32,000 nt of DNA. Origin: Verrucomicrobiota bacterium (GTDB lineage: Bacteria; Verrucomicrobiota; Verrucomicrobiia; Opitutales; LL51). The notes under the pieces are model-generated. The model was not told where the DNA came from, searched no databases, and worked only from the letters and a program-made list of their open reading frames with translations. The stretch is from the NCBI GenBank assembly GCA_021294815.2, contig CP095464.1, positions 600,001-632,000 on the forward strand. Direction: 5' to 3'. The translations under genes and the position numbers were made by a program. Positions 24,539 through 31,957 of the stretch are shown in pieces (the first letter of the stretch is position 1; each line of letters starts with the position of its first letter).

Positions 24539-25663
24539 TTAACGGTTTTGCGCGGCTTCTCTTTCTTGCCAAATGGGACGGGCTTTTTGCTCAATCTCCG
24601 TGGCTATTTCTTCACCGCATTGCTCGCGTAGTAGGGCGAGTAATGCGTCGTACTTTTGAAGTTCGGCATGGTAAATGGCCAGTTTAATGCCATCCTCGAA
24701 AACAAGTTCTAACGCAAATTGCAGGCGAGCAACAGGATCCTTCCCGTTCGGATCCTGCAAAAGAATATTTCGGAGCGCATTAAAATCTGCAACAGGATCT
24801 TGGGAAGAACGAAGTTGTTTGAGTGCCGAGTTGTTTAAAATTCTGCGAGCGGCATGAAGACCGAGCAGCGATTTTAGAAAATCAAAATCTTGTTGAAATT
24901 CTGGTGAGGTTGGAGCATTTCGGTAAAGCAGGCTTTTGGCTTCCGTCACGCGTCCCGGAAAAGAAATTGCACGTACAGCGGCCTCAGCGGCAATTTCGTG
25001 GCCGAAAACGCTATTCATGCGATCCAATTTTTCATGGAATTCCGGCGATCGAAAGCCCTCATTGGTAGAAATTAAGCTGTGAGTGTAGTGCACGGCGATA
25101 ATGCCAGGCAGTGTATTCCACAAAATGTTATGGCCGAATAACTTCTGGATTTTTCGTAACTTTCGACGAAATTCGCGAAACGTTTTTCCTTCAATGAGAT
25201 CGCCATCCTGATCGATAATCTCTTGGGTATAAATTGCTAAAGCATCTTCTGCTGCCGAAATACCATTACTGGTGCTGTAGGCGACATTTTTCTCCTGAAT
25301 GGATTTGAAACTAAATTCGTTACCAGTAAGCTGTGGGTTCCGAAGGGTTTCCAGAAAATAGCGCTGTAAAACATGCCACATGACGAATTTATCGAGACGC
25401 ATCAAGTGCCAGTTGGGGATCGAACGTTCGGCATGTAGACAGGCATTGTGGAGCTCATCAGACTCAGGACCATATTGCCGGCATACCTCGAGGAGATAAC
25501 TCGTCCAGGTGCCTTCGCTGGTATTTCCATCCAGGCTATCGGGAAATGAATCTATCGCGACAAGCGGCGGCAGCTCGACCTCTGGAGGGGTTCCAGCGTG
25601 AACAGCGGAAACAGAAAAGAGTCCAATAGATAACGACAAAACAAGCTTTGAATAACCAACCAT
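24539..25663 (-). CDS. Hypothetical secreted, predominantly helical protein (374 aa)
   Basis: Clear signal peptide (LVLSLSIGLFSVSAVHA/GT) and an AGGAG element upstream of the ATG. No domain recognised. It is divergent from grpE-dnaJ. Confidence 0.6.
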   Translation of the reverse strand: MVGYSKLVLSLSIGLFSVSAVHAGTPPEVELPPLVAIDSFPDSLDGNTSEGTWTSYLLEVCRQYGPESDELHNACLHAERSIPNWHLMRLDKFVMWHVLQRYFLETLRNPQLTGNEFSFKSIQEKNVAYSTSNGISAAEDALAIYTQEIIDQDGDLIEGKTFREFRRKLRKIQKLFGHNILWNTLPGIIAVHYTHSLISTNEGFRSPEFHEKLDRMNSVFGHEIAAEAAVRAISFPGRVTEAKSLLYRNAPTSPEFQQDFDFLKSLLGLHAARRILNNSALKQLRSSQDPVADFNALRNILLQDPNGKDPVARLQFALELVFEDGIKLAIYHAELQKYDALLALLREQCGEEIATEIEQKARPIWQEREAAQNR

Positions 25664-25797
25664 ACCCGCCTGTTACTCCTGATAAACACTTTGTGTAAGT
25701 CAAGCGGAATTGTACGCGACAAAGTTTTAGGGGGCATCCGAGAAAAAGTTTGATTGACATTGGATTTTTGCTACACACTGGGCGTAGTTGATTGAAT

Positions 25798-26463
25798 ATG
25801 AGTGGACGCAAGAACCATCGGTCAAAATTTTTCCATAAGCCAATGCGTGACCCCTCTCAAAGTATAGCGGAAGCCCGAAGGGAAGGGGATAGTTTTCAAG
25901 ATTCTCCAGGTGCATCTTCCGATACTGAGCGGTTGGAACGCGAACCTGTTCGTGCTGATACACAAGCCACGGATGAGGATATCAGTGTGCCTAAAGATAT
26001 CTTGGGCGATGTCGCGATTGTTTCGGACCTTTCAAAGGAATTGCAGCAGTTGCAAGAACGACTAGTCCATACCCAAGCGGATTTTGATAATTATCGTAAG
26101 CGTGTTACGCGGGAGCAAGAACAGCTCCAGCGTCAGGCCGCAAGTGGCGTGATCGAAGCGCTCTTGCCAATTTTAGATAATTTTGAACTCGGACTTAATT
26201 CCGTCCAGGCCGAAGCGGGAGTTTTATCGGGATTCCAGATGATTTTTACCCAGTTACAGTCGCTGTTAAAGGCGCGCGGAGTCGCTATTTTGGCTCCGAA
26301 AAATGAGCCCTTTAACCCGCAACAAGAGGAGGCTGTCGCTTACGTGAACCATGACGATGTTCCGGAGGAGTACGTTGTCGAAACCGTAAGGAAGGGGTAT
26401 TGTTTGCACGATCGTCTGTTGCGTCCAGCGTCTGTTGTCGTGTCGAAGGGAAGGGCATCATAA
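25798..26463 (+). CDS. grpE: Nucleotide exchange factor GrpE (long acidic N-terminal extension)
   Basis: The LQERLVHTQADFDNYRKRVTRE coiled-coil signature, ALLPILDNFE, and the C-terminal beta-domain patterns FNPQQEEAV, GY.L.DR.LRPA.V.V. The ATG at 25798 is preferred over the TTG at 25792. Confidence 0.85.
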   Translation: MSGRKNHRSKFFHKPMRDPSQSIAEARREGDSFQDSPGASSDTERLEREPVRADTQATDEDISVPKDILGDVAIVSDLSKELQQLQERLVHTQADFDNYRKRVTREQEQLQRQAASGVIEALLPILDNFELGLNSVQAEAGVLSGFQMIFTQLQSLLKARGVAILAPKNEPFNPQQEEAVAYVNHDDVPEEYVVETVRKGYCLHDRLLRPASVVVSKGRAS

Positions 26464-27600
26464 ATGGCCAAAGAGGACTATTATAGTTTGCTCGGGGTTT
26501 CTAAAAGCGCTTCGGCGGAGGAGATTAAAAAGGCCTATCGGAAGATGGCCGTTAAATATCACCCCGATAAAAATCCCGGAGATAAGTCCGCTGAGGAAAA
26601 GTTTAAGCAGGTATCGGAGGCGTATGATGTTCTGCGTGATGATCAAAAACGTGCCGCTTATGATCGTTATGGCCACGATGCATTCGATTCCCGGGCTAAT
26701 GCTGGAAGTGGTTTTGCGCGTGGAGGTCAGACAGGCGGCGTAAATCCGTTTGATATTTTTCGCGAGGCCTTTGGAGGCGACGGTGGAATTTTTGGTGATC
26801 TCTTTGGTGGCGGCGGTAGTCGCAATCGTTCCGGACAGCAAGATGGTGCCGATTTGCGTTATGATCTTGAAATCACACTGAAGGAGGCTTTTACGGGAGT
26901 CGAAAAGACCCTTAAATATAACCGCCATGTGACGTGTAAAAACTGTAACGGAACGGGAGCCGAGAAGGGTTCGCAGGCCGTAACCTGTCCGACGTGTCAC
27001 GGTTCGGGGGTGTTGACGATGTCGCAAGGATTCTTTTCGATGCGACAGACGTGTCCTGACTGCCACGGAACGGGTATGAAAATTACGCATCCTTGTCGTG
27101 TTTGTGAGGCGACAGGGCGTGTCGTCGAGTCGACAAAGACGAAAATCAAGATTGCGCCGGGAATGGGTAGTGGTGTCAAATTACGTCTTCCGGGATTCGG
27201 CGAAGCCGGCGTCCGTGGAGGTACTAACGGTGACCTGTTTGTTGTCGTCTATGTCAAGGAAGATCGGCAGTTTGATCGCGACGGCGATAACCTCCACTGC
27301 CATTTATCGATTCCGTTCACGCTCGCAGCACTAGGTGGGGAGGTCAATATCAAAACCATCGATACAGAGGCCATTTTGCGCATTCCTCCCGGAACACAAC
27401 CGAATGCAATTCTGCGTATGCGAGGTTATGGGATGCCAGATTTCCGGACAGGGAAACGCGGTGATCAGATGGTCCATATCGCGATCGAAGTCCCTAAAAA
27501 ATTGACAGCAGATCAACGGACGAAACTTGAGGCATTTGCGCTTTCTCTTGGCGAAGGCGAAAAGTCGTGGTTTTCAAAAATCCGCGACTCGTTCAAATAA
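26464..27600 (+). CDS. dnaJ: Molecular chaperone DnaJ (type I)
   Basis: J-domain YHPDKNPGD, a Gly/Phe-rich linker and four CxxCxGxG repeats ([32 protein letters not shown]). The ATG follows the grpE stop directly. Confidence 0.95.
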   Translation: MAKEDYYSLLGVSKSASAEEIKKAYRKMAVKYHPDKNPGDKSAEEKFKQVSEAYDVLRDDQKRAAYDRYGHDAFDSRANAGSGFARGGQTGGVNPFDIFREAFGGDGGIFGDLFGGGGSRNRSGQQDGADLRYDLEITLKEAFTGVEKTLKYNRHVTCKNCNGTGAEKGSQAVTCPTCHGSGVLTMSQGFFSMRQTCPDCHGTGMKITHPCRVCEATGRVVESTKTKIKIAPGMGSGVKLRLPGFGEAGVRGGTNGDLFVVVYVKEDRQFDRDGDNLHCHLSIPFTLAALGGEVNIKTIDTEAILRIPPGTQPNAILRMRGYGMPDFRTGKRGDQMVHIAIEVPKKLTADQRTKLEAFALSLGEGEKSWFSKIRDSFK

Positions 27601-27606
27601 GGCTTC

Positions 27607-28272
27607 TCAGTCAGTCTGTCGCGAGGCGATTGTGTTTTCCGCTTCTTGCTTTAGTGGCCCAATGGCGTCGAGTAACTCTTCGAGGCTGGGGTTCACCTTG
27701 ATGTTGTGTTCGCAGACCTCTTGGGCGTGTTTGAGGAGACGTAATGCACGCTTCGGACGGTCGTCACTAAGATAGTGCTGTGCCGCTGAAACCAGGAGCG
27801 CTGGGTTATCCGGAAAAATGTTGACGATGAAATCAAAGATCTCGAGTCCCGCGTCGATATTTAGGGCAGAAAGCGTCTCGGCAAGACGAAGATAGGTGTA
27901 GGGGACAGCGGCTCCTCCCGGAGACAATAACGTTAAAAATTGAAACATTGCAACTGCTTGCGGTAACTGTTCCTGGACGACTTGCTTTTCGGCATAATCG
28001 CTCAAAATGCGTACATCATCCTCGCTGGCAGAAGCAAAGACATCCTGCATATTACCACCCGTCTTACTCCGCTCGTACAGTCGTCCGAGAACCGCTGCAC
28101 ACTCGGGATCAAACGTAAACAAATCGAGCGCATTTCGGTAGATTTCGATGACAGCAGGAGTGCTCTTGACAGAAGCGCCCAGTGCCATCGGTACGCCGCC
28201 TTGCGACAAAACCTCCTGCATCATCTTTTCAATCCTATCACAAAACAAACCAATTTCCCCAGCATCACCCAT
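27607..28272 (-). CDS. Hypothetical helical-repeat (TPR-like) protein, no signal peptide
   Basis: 221 aa. The C-terminal ~130 aa show TPR-like helix pairs (AVAMFQFLTLLSPGG..YTYLRLAETL, GLEIFDFIVNIFPDNP, LLVSAAQHYLSDDRPKRALRLLKHAQEV). It lies 43 nt downstream of dnaX on the same strand. Confidence 0.55.
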   Translation of the reverse strand: MGDAGEIGLFCDRIEKMMQEVLSQGGVPMALGASVKSTPAVIEIYRNALDLFTFDPECAAVLGRLYERSKTGGNMQDVFASASEDDVRILSDYAEKQVVQEQLPQAVAMFQFLTLLSPGGAAVPYTYLRLAETLSALNIDAGLEIFDFIVNIFPDNPALLVSAAQHYLSDDRPKRALRLLKHAQEVCEHNIKVNPSLEELLDAIGPLKQEAENTIASRQTD

Positions 28273-28315
28273 GGTGCAAAATATAGTAAATGAACGGTTA
28301 AAGGGAAGCCTTTAT

Positions 28316-29602
28316 TTAAGATTCGATCTGGAATAGGTTTTTGAGTTGATCTCGTGTTGCTTCCGGTAGCGCGGACAGATCGCCGGTTTCGACGACTTTG
28401 GGATGTTGAGTACCTCTATTTACAGGGGATTTGCCCGATGATGATGGATGAGGCTCTGGGGCTTCATGAGTTTCATGTGAGGGCTCGGATGATGTTATTT
28501 TTCCGCAGCAAGAGAGAGAGGCCTCTTCTAAATCTTGGACTTTTTTGAGATCGGCAATGACCTGGTCGATGGAGCGTAGCGCAAGGGCCTCGATCGCCTC
28601 AAAAAGTGCGAGTTGAAACATGACATCCGGTGTGTTGCTCTCCATAGCACGCTCGCGCGCCCGCATAACGATCGCTAAAAATTTCAGAGTTTTGGCGACT
28701 TCGTGCGCATCGTTGTTTTGAGATAATCGACGGCGAAGCGCCCTGGCGAGATCCGATAGGAGATTGAAGAAATTGCAGCGTTCACAGGCCTGAGTGATGG
28801 CGGGGATTTGTGCACAATCCCCCTGGTCGACGCAGTGTAAAATCGTCTCGATCTGATCCATCGGTGCGAGCCCGTAAGCCTCGACAACATCCTGTTCGGT
28901 AATGGCATTGTGGCCAAAGGAAGTGAGTTGATCGAGTATCGACTGGGCGTCTCGCATCCCGCCTTCTGCGAGCTGGGCAATCCGGTGTAGCGCGAGCGGT
29001 TCCGCATTAATTCCCTCTGTCTGTGCGATCTGTGTTAGGCGATCGACGATGACATTTTCCGCAATCGGCTTGAATTCGAAGCGCTGGCAACGCGATACGA
29101 TAGTCGAGGGTACCTTGTAGGCTTCCGTGGTTGCAAAAATAAATTTGACGTGTTCCGGTGGTTCTTCGAGGGTTTTGAGTAAGGCGTTAAAGGCGGCCTG
29201 TGAGAGCATGTGAACTTCATCAATAATGTAGATCTTGAAGAGACAGGAGATCGGTGCGTATTGGCATTCTTCGCGGAGGCTGCGGATTTGTTCGACAGAG
29301 TTATTTGAGGCGCCGTCGATTTCGATCACATCGAGACAGCTCCCGGCGAAAATTTCCTGGCAAGGTTCACACTCGGGATCGGCATCAATATTGGGCTCAT
29401 CTGGGGCATTAAGCGCCATCGCTAAAAGTCGTGCTGTGGACGTCTTTCCGGTACCCCGAGGGCCGATAAATAAAAACGCGTGCGCGATCCGGTGAAGCTG
29501 AATCGCATTTCGTAGTGTCTGGACGATGGGTTCTTGGCCCACGAGCTCACTGAACCGGCGAGGACGCCACCGGCGCGCCATCACCTGGTACGAGTCGGAC
29601 AT
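28316..29602 (-). CDS. dnaX: DNA polymerase III subunit gamma/tau (short form, 428 aa from the preferred start)
   Basis: YQVMARRWRPRRFSELVGQE, Walker A GPRGTGKTS, a Cys cluster CEPC...C, Walker B IIDEVHMLS, sensor FIFATTE and SRCQRFEFK. The start at M13 of the ORF (29602) matches the canonical N-terminus and a candidate promoter. Confidence 0.9.
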   Translation of the reverse strand: MSDSYQVMARRWRPRRFSELVGQEPIVQTLRNAIQLHRIAHAFLFIGPRGTGKTSTARLLAMALNAPDEPNIDADPECEPCQEIFAGSCLDVIEIDGASNNSVEQIRSLREECQYAPISCLFKIYIIDEVHMLSQAAFNALLKTLEEPPEHVKFIFATTEAYKVPSTIVSRCQRFEFKPIAENVIVDRLTQIAQTEGINAEPLALHRIAQLAEGGMRDAQSILDQLTSFGHNAITEQDVVEAYGLAPMDQIETILHCVDQGDCAQIPAITQACERCNFFNLLSDLARALRRRLSQNNDAHEVAKTLKFLAIVMRARERAMESNTPDVMFQLALFEAIEALALRSIDQVIADLKKVQDLEEASLSCCGKITSSEPSHETHEAPEPHPSSSGKSPVNRGTQHPKVVETGDLSALPEATRDQLKNLFQIES

Positions 29603-29609
29603 AAACCGA

Positions 29610-29638
29610 AATGTACCAATTGCAGTGCGCCGATTCAA
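29610..29638 (-). promoter_or_regulatory. Promoter candidate for dnaX: TTGAAT-N17-TACATT, with the -10 ending 7 nt before the ATG (possible leaderless mRNA)
   Basis: The minus strand reads AAATAAAAAC-TTGAAT(29638-29633)-17 nt-TACATT(29615-29610)-TCGGTTT-ATG(29602). Confidence 0.4.
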
Positions 29639-29675
29639 GTTTTTATTTGCTCTCGAGACTGTGATAGATTGTGGG

Positions 29676-29703
29676 TTGCATTGCCGTAAAGAGTTGCTAT
29701 GGT
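29676..29703 (+). promoter_or_regulatory. Promoter candidate for the TPR gene: TTGCAT-N16-TATGGT
   Basis: TTGCAT at 29676-29681 and TATGGT at 29698-29703, 18 nt upstream of the ATG at 29722. Confidence 0.3.
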
Positions 29704-29721
29704 TTTCAGTCGTCGAGGAAG

Positions 29722-31047
29722 ATGTCGTGGCGTCGGAAAGTCTTAAAACTAGCGGTATGCCTGGGGATGAGTTGCTCGAGTGTCGGCGCAGATCGCTTTA
29801 CGCAGTCGCTCGAGGAAGCCCGCATTAAGCTCGCTGAAAAAGAACCACGCGAGGCCATTCGTCTGTTGGAGCGCTGTGTCCGTTTGCGTGGAAAGAATGC
29901 GGAGATTTCCGAGCTTCTTGCCCAGGCCTGTGTAGCCGATGAGGATCTAGAGCTTGCGGCATTTTATTTCGAAGAAGCGGCAAGTACGGATGAGTTGAAG
30001 TACTACTGCTATCTTCGAGCAGCGGAATTATACCAGCAGCTTTCGGAACCGACGCAGGCGCTCCAGTGCTATGAGGAGTATTTAAAGATTTGGCCCAATG
30101 ACCGTACGGCAGCGCTAGGGTATGCGAATCTAAAGTCACAAGCAGGAGATCGGCAGCGCGCTTTGGAGATTTTTGTCGCGCATGCAGATCATGATGTTGA
30201 TGTCTGCTTAAAAGTCGCAGATTTGTTTCAGTCTTTTGGTAATTTAACACAAGCGCGTATCGGATATAACGCCGTCTTAGAGATCAATCCCAATCACCGC
30301 GAAGCGCTTCATCAGTTGTGGCATTTGTACGTCCAGTCAAAAAATTATGCGGCGTTAGTACCTGTTGCGCAACGTTTACGCGATCTCGGTGAGTCAGAAT
30401 ACCAGGGCGTTCCGCTTGATCTATTTCTGTCGGTTTCAAAGGGTTATGAACAGGCATTTGATGCGCTTTTAGGCCCCGATATGGCTTTTTTATCAGGACC
30501 GATACGGATAACGCTACCTTCTTGGGTTTGGCGTCCTATTGCGATTACGACAATGCCCTCAAAACTCTTGAGTAAAAAGGAACGCCTCAAAGGACTCGAA
30601 GAAAAGGTCGTTGATGCAAAATCTAAGGGCGATTACGAGGAGGCGATCGCGAACCTCTGGCAAATCCTCGGTATGAACGGTAAAAACGTTGATGCGTGGA
30701 TCGAGCTAACGGAATGCCTCGAGCATATCAATAAATACGATATTGCGGAGATGACCATCCAGGAGGCGATGAAGTCTCAGCCGTCGGTCGAACTCTATAG
30801 GGCCTATTTGGGGATCATTTTGCGTACGCACGGGTCGGCGGAGTATGTCCGGATTTTGCGAGATATTAAGCACAAGTTCCCTAAAGACGCGGATCTTCGG
30901 TTAATGTGGGCCAAAGCGCGCGAGATGTATTTGGGTGACGCCACTGGAGCACGCCGCTCGTACGAAAAGTTCCTAAAGCTAGCGCCACCGGATCATCCCG
31001 AGACTGATCTCGTCCGTCGCCGGTTGGCCACTTATCAACATTTGTAG
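29722..31047 (+). CDS. Secreted (possibly lipid-anchored) tetratricopeptide-repeat protein
   Basis: Start taken at MSWRRKVLKLAVCLGMSCSS (signal peptide). There are multiple TPR-like units, e.g. AELYQQLSEPTQALQCYEEYLKIWPND, ADLFQSFGNLTQARIGYNAVLEINPNH and ARRSYEKFLKLAPPDHP. Confidence 0.7.
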   Translation: MSWRRKVLKLAVCLGMSCSSVGADRFTQSLEEARIKLAEKEPREAIRLLERCVRLRGKNAEISELLAQACVADEDLELAAFYFEEAASTDELKYYCYLRAAELYQQLSEPTQALQCYEEYLKIWPNDRTAALGYANLKSQAGDRQRALEIFVAHADHDVDVCLKVADLFQSFGNLTQARIGYNAVLEINPNHREALHQLWHLYVQSKNYAALVPVAQRLRDLGESEYQGVPLDLFLSVSKGYEQAFDALLGPDMAFLSGPIRITLPSWVWRPIAITTMPSKLLSKKERLKGLEEKVVDAKSKGDYEEAIANLWQILGMNGKNVDAWIELTECLEHINKYDIAEMTIQEAMKSQPSVELYRAYLGIILRTHGSAEYVRILRDIKHKFPKDADLRLMWAKAREMYLGDATGARRSYEKFLKLAPPDHPETDLVRRRLATYQHL

Positions 31048-31051
31048 GGAT

Positions 31052-31675
31052 ATGGAGCGTGAGGAATCGAAGGAGCGGCGTTGGAAGCGGATTCGGATTG
31101 TTAAAAAACTATTAAAACTCGTTCCGCGACGGGATAATATCCACCGTTATCCAATTTTAAAGTATTTTGCCAATGCTGCGCGGCAGAGAACATATCTGTG
31201 GTCGTTCCGGGTAACGGAGGCAGTTCCGGCGCTCTACGCGGGGTGGATTCTAACATTGATGCCGGTGATGTCGGTTCAAGTGATCATTGCCTGTGTTTTA
31301 GCGTTTCTCTTTCGGGCGAACATCATGATTTTAGTGGCGCTCCAATTCATATCAACGCCATTTACGGTCCCATTTTTGTGGTACATCGCATATCGCGTTG
31401 GGGCATTTTTTGTAACAACCTTCGGTACCGATCGGCTCCAGACGCTGCGGCAATCGTACGATCTCGAGTGGTTCAAGCAAATGCTCGATATGCTGTTACA
31501 TGGCCAGGAGGGAATGAAGGCGTTTTGGTCAGTTTATGGACAACAGTTCATTCGTGTATTTTTTACGACGACCCTTGGCGGAATTATTTTAGGCATCATT
31601 TTAGGTCATCTGAGTGCGGCGCTATACAAGTATCTTGCGCGGTATTACAGTCAACCGCCTGTTCCAAAAATATAA
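31052..31675 (+). CDS. DUF2062-like membrane protein
   Basis: Basic N-terminus, then the pattern P..lA.g.a.G.f....P....Q..ia..la...r.N and 3-4 TM segments, as I recall for DUF2062. There is a 4-nt gap from the TPR gene. Assignment is by pattern only. Confidence 0.5.
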   Translation: MEREESKERRWKRIRIVKKLLKLVPRRDNIHRYPILKYFANAARQRTYLWSFRVTEAVPALYAGWILTLMPVMSVQVIIACVLAFLFRANIMILVALQFISTPFTVPFLWYIAYRVGAFFVTTFGTDRLQTLRQSYDLEWFKQMLDMLLHGQEGMKAFWSVYGQQFIRVFFTTTLGGIILGIILGHLSAALYKYLARYYSQPPVPKI

Positions 31676-31842
31676 CTGTTTTAGAGGTTCGTCGAAATAG
31701 GGTTCTATGTCTCTTTATACGGTTTTTATTAGAAGCAACAGGCTTTTGCGGACGTGTCGCTAATTGTATAAACATATATTAAGATCTAAAGAAGCAGTTC
31801 CTGTGGCCATGAATGCATTGCGAAAGAAAAGGCATAAAAGAT

Positions 31843-31870
31843 TTGACCACGAGGCGGTGTGCGCTAGGTA
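31843..31870 (+). promoter_or_regulatory. Promoter candidate for tRNA-Val: TTGACC-N16-TAGGTA
   Basis: TTGACC at 31843-31848 preceded by an A/T-rich tract, and TAGGTA at 31865-31870. The mature tRNA 5' end is 10 nt downstream. Confidence 0.4.
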
Positions 31871-31880
31871 TTGGCGGAGC

Positions 31881-31957
31881 GGGGGATTAGCTCAGCTGGT
31901 TAGAGCACTTGCTTCACACGCAAGGGGTCGGTGGTTCGAGTCCACTATCTCCCACCA
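31881..31957 (+). tRNA. tRNA-Val (anticodon CAC), CCA encoded
   Basis: Hand-folded cloverleaf. Acceptor GGGGGAT/ATCTCCC (one G-U pair), D-arm GCTC-AGCTGGTTA-GAGC, anticodon arm CTTGC-TTCACAC-GCAAG, variable loop GGGTC, T-arm GGTGG-TTCGAGT-CCACT, discriminator A plus CCA. Confidence 0.9.

Noticed and set aside
26458-27090. 210-aa minus-strand ORF antisense to dnaJ
   Set aside because: It overlaps the J-domain, G/F region and zinc-finger coding region of an unambiguous dnaJ. It has no recognisable motifs and is probably a shadow ORF.
28540-28547. A6G run (minus strand CAAAAAAG, codons CTC AAA AAA GTC) in dnaX near the domain III end, as a possible gamma/tau programmed frameshift site
   Set aside because: It is not a proper A-AAA-AAG heptamer in the zero frame. 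By my reading, the -1 frame continues about 20 codons rather than stopping at once. I saw no downstream stem-loop, and the full-length product is already gamma-sized.
29603-29638. Twelve extra N-terminal codons of dnaX (MNRRTAIGTFRF)
   Set aside because: The canonical DnaX N-terminus begins at the internal Met (MSDSYQVMARRWRP). The extension would cover the predicted -35/-10 elements.
31198-31782. 194-aa plus-strand ORF overlapping the DUF2062-like gene in another frame
   Set aside because: The alternative frame (31052-31675) gives a coherent membrane protein with a basic N-terminus and TM segments. This frame gives Gly/Arg/Ser-rich sequence without such structure.
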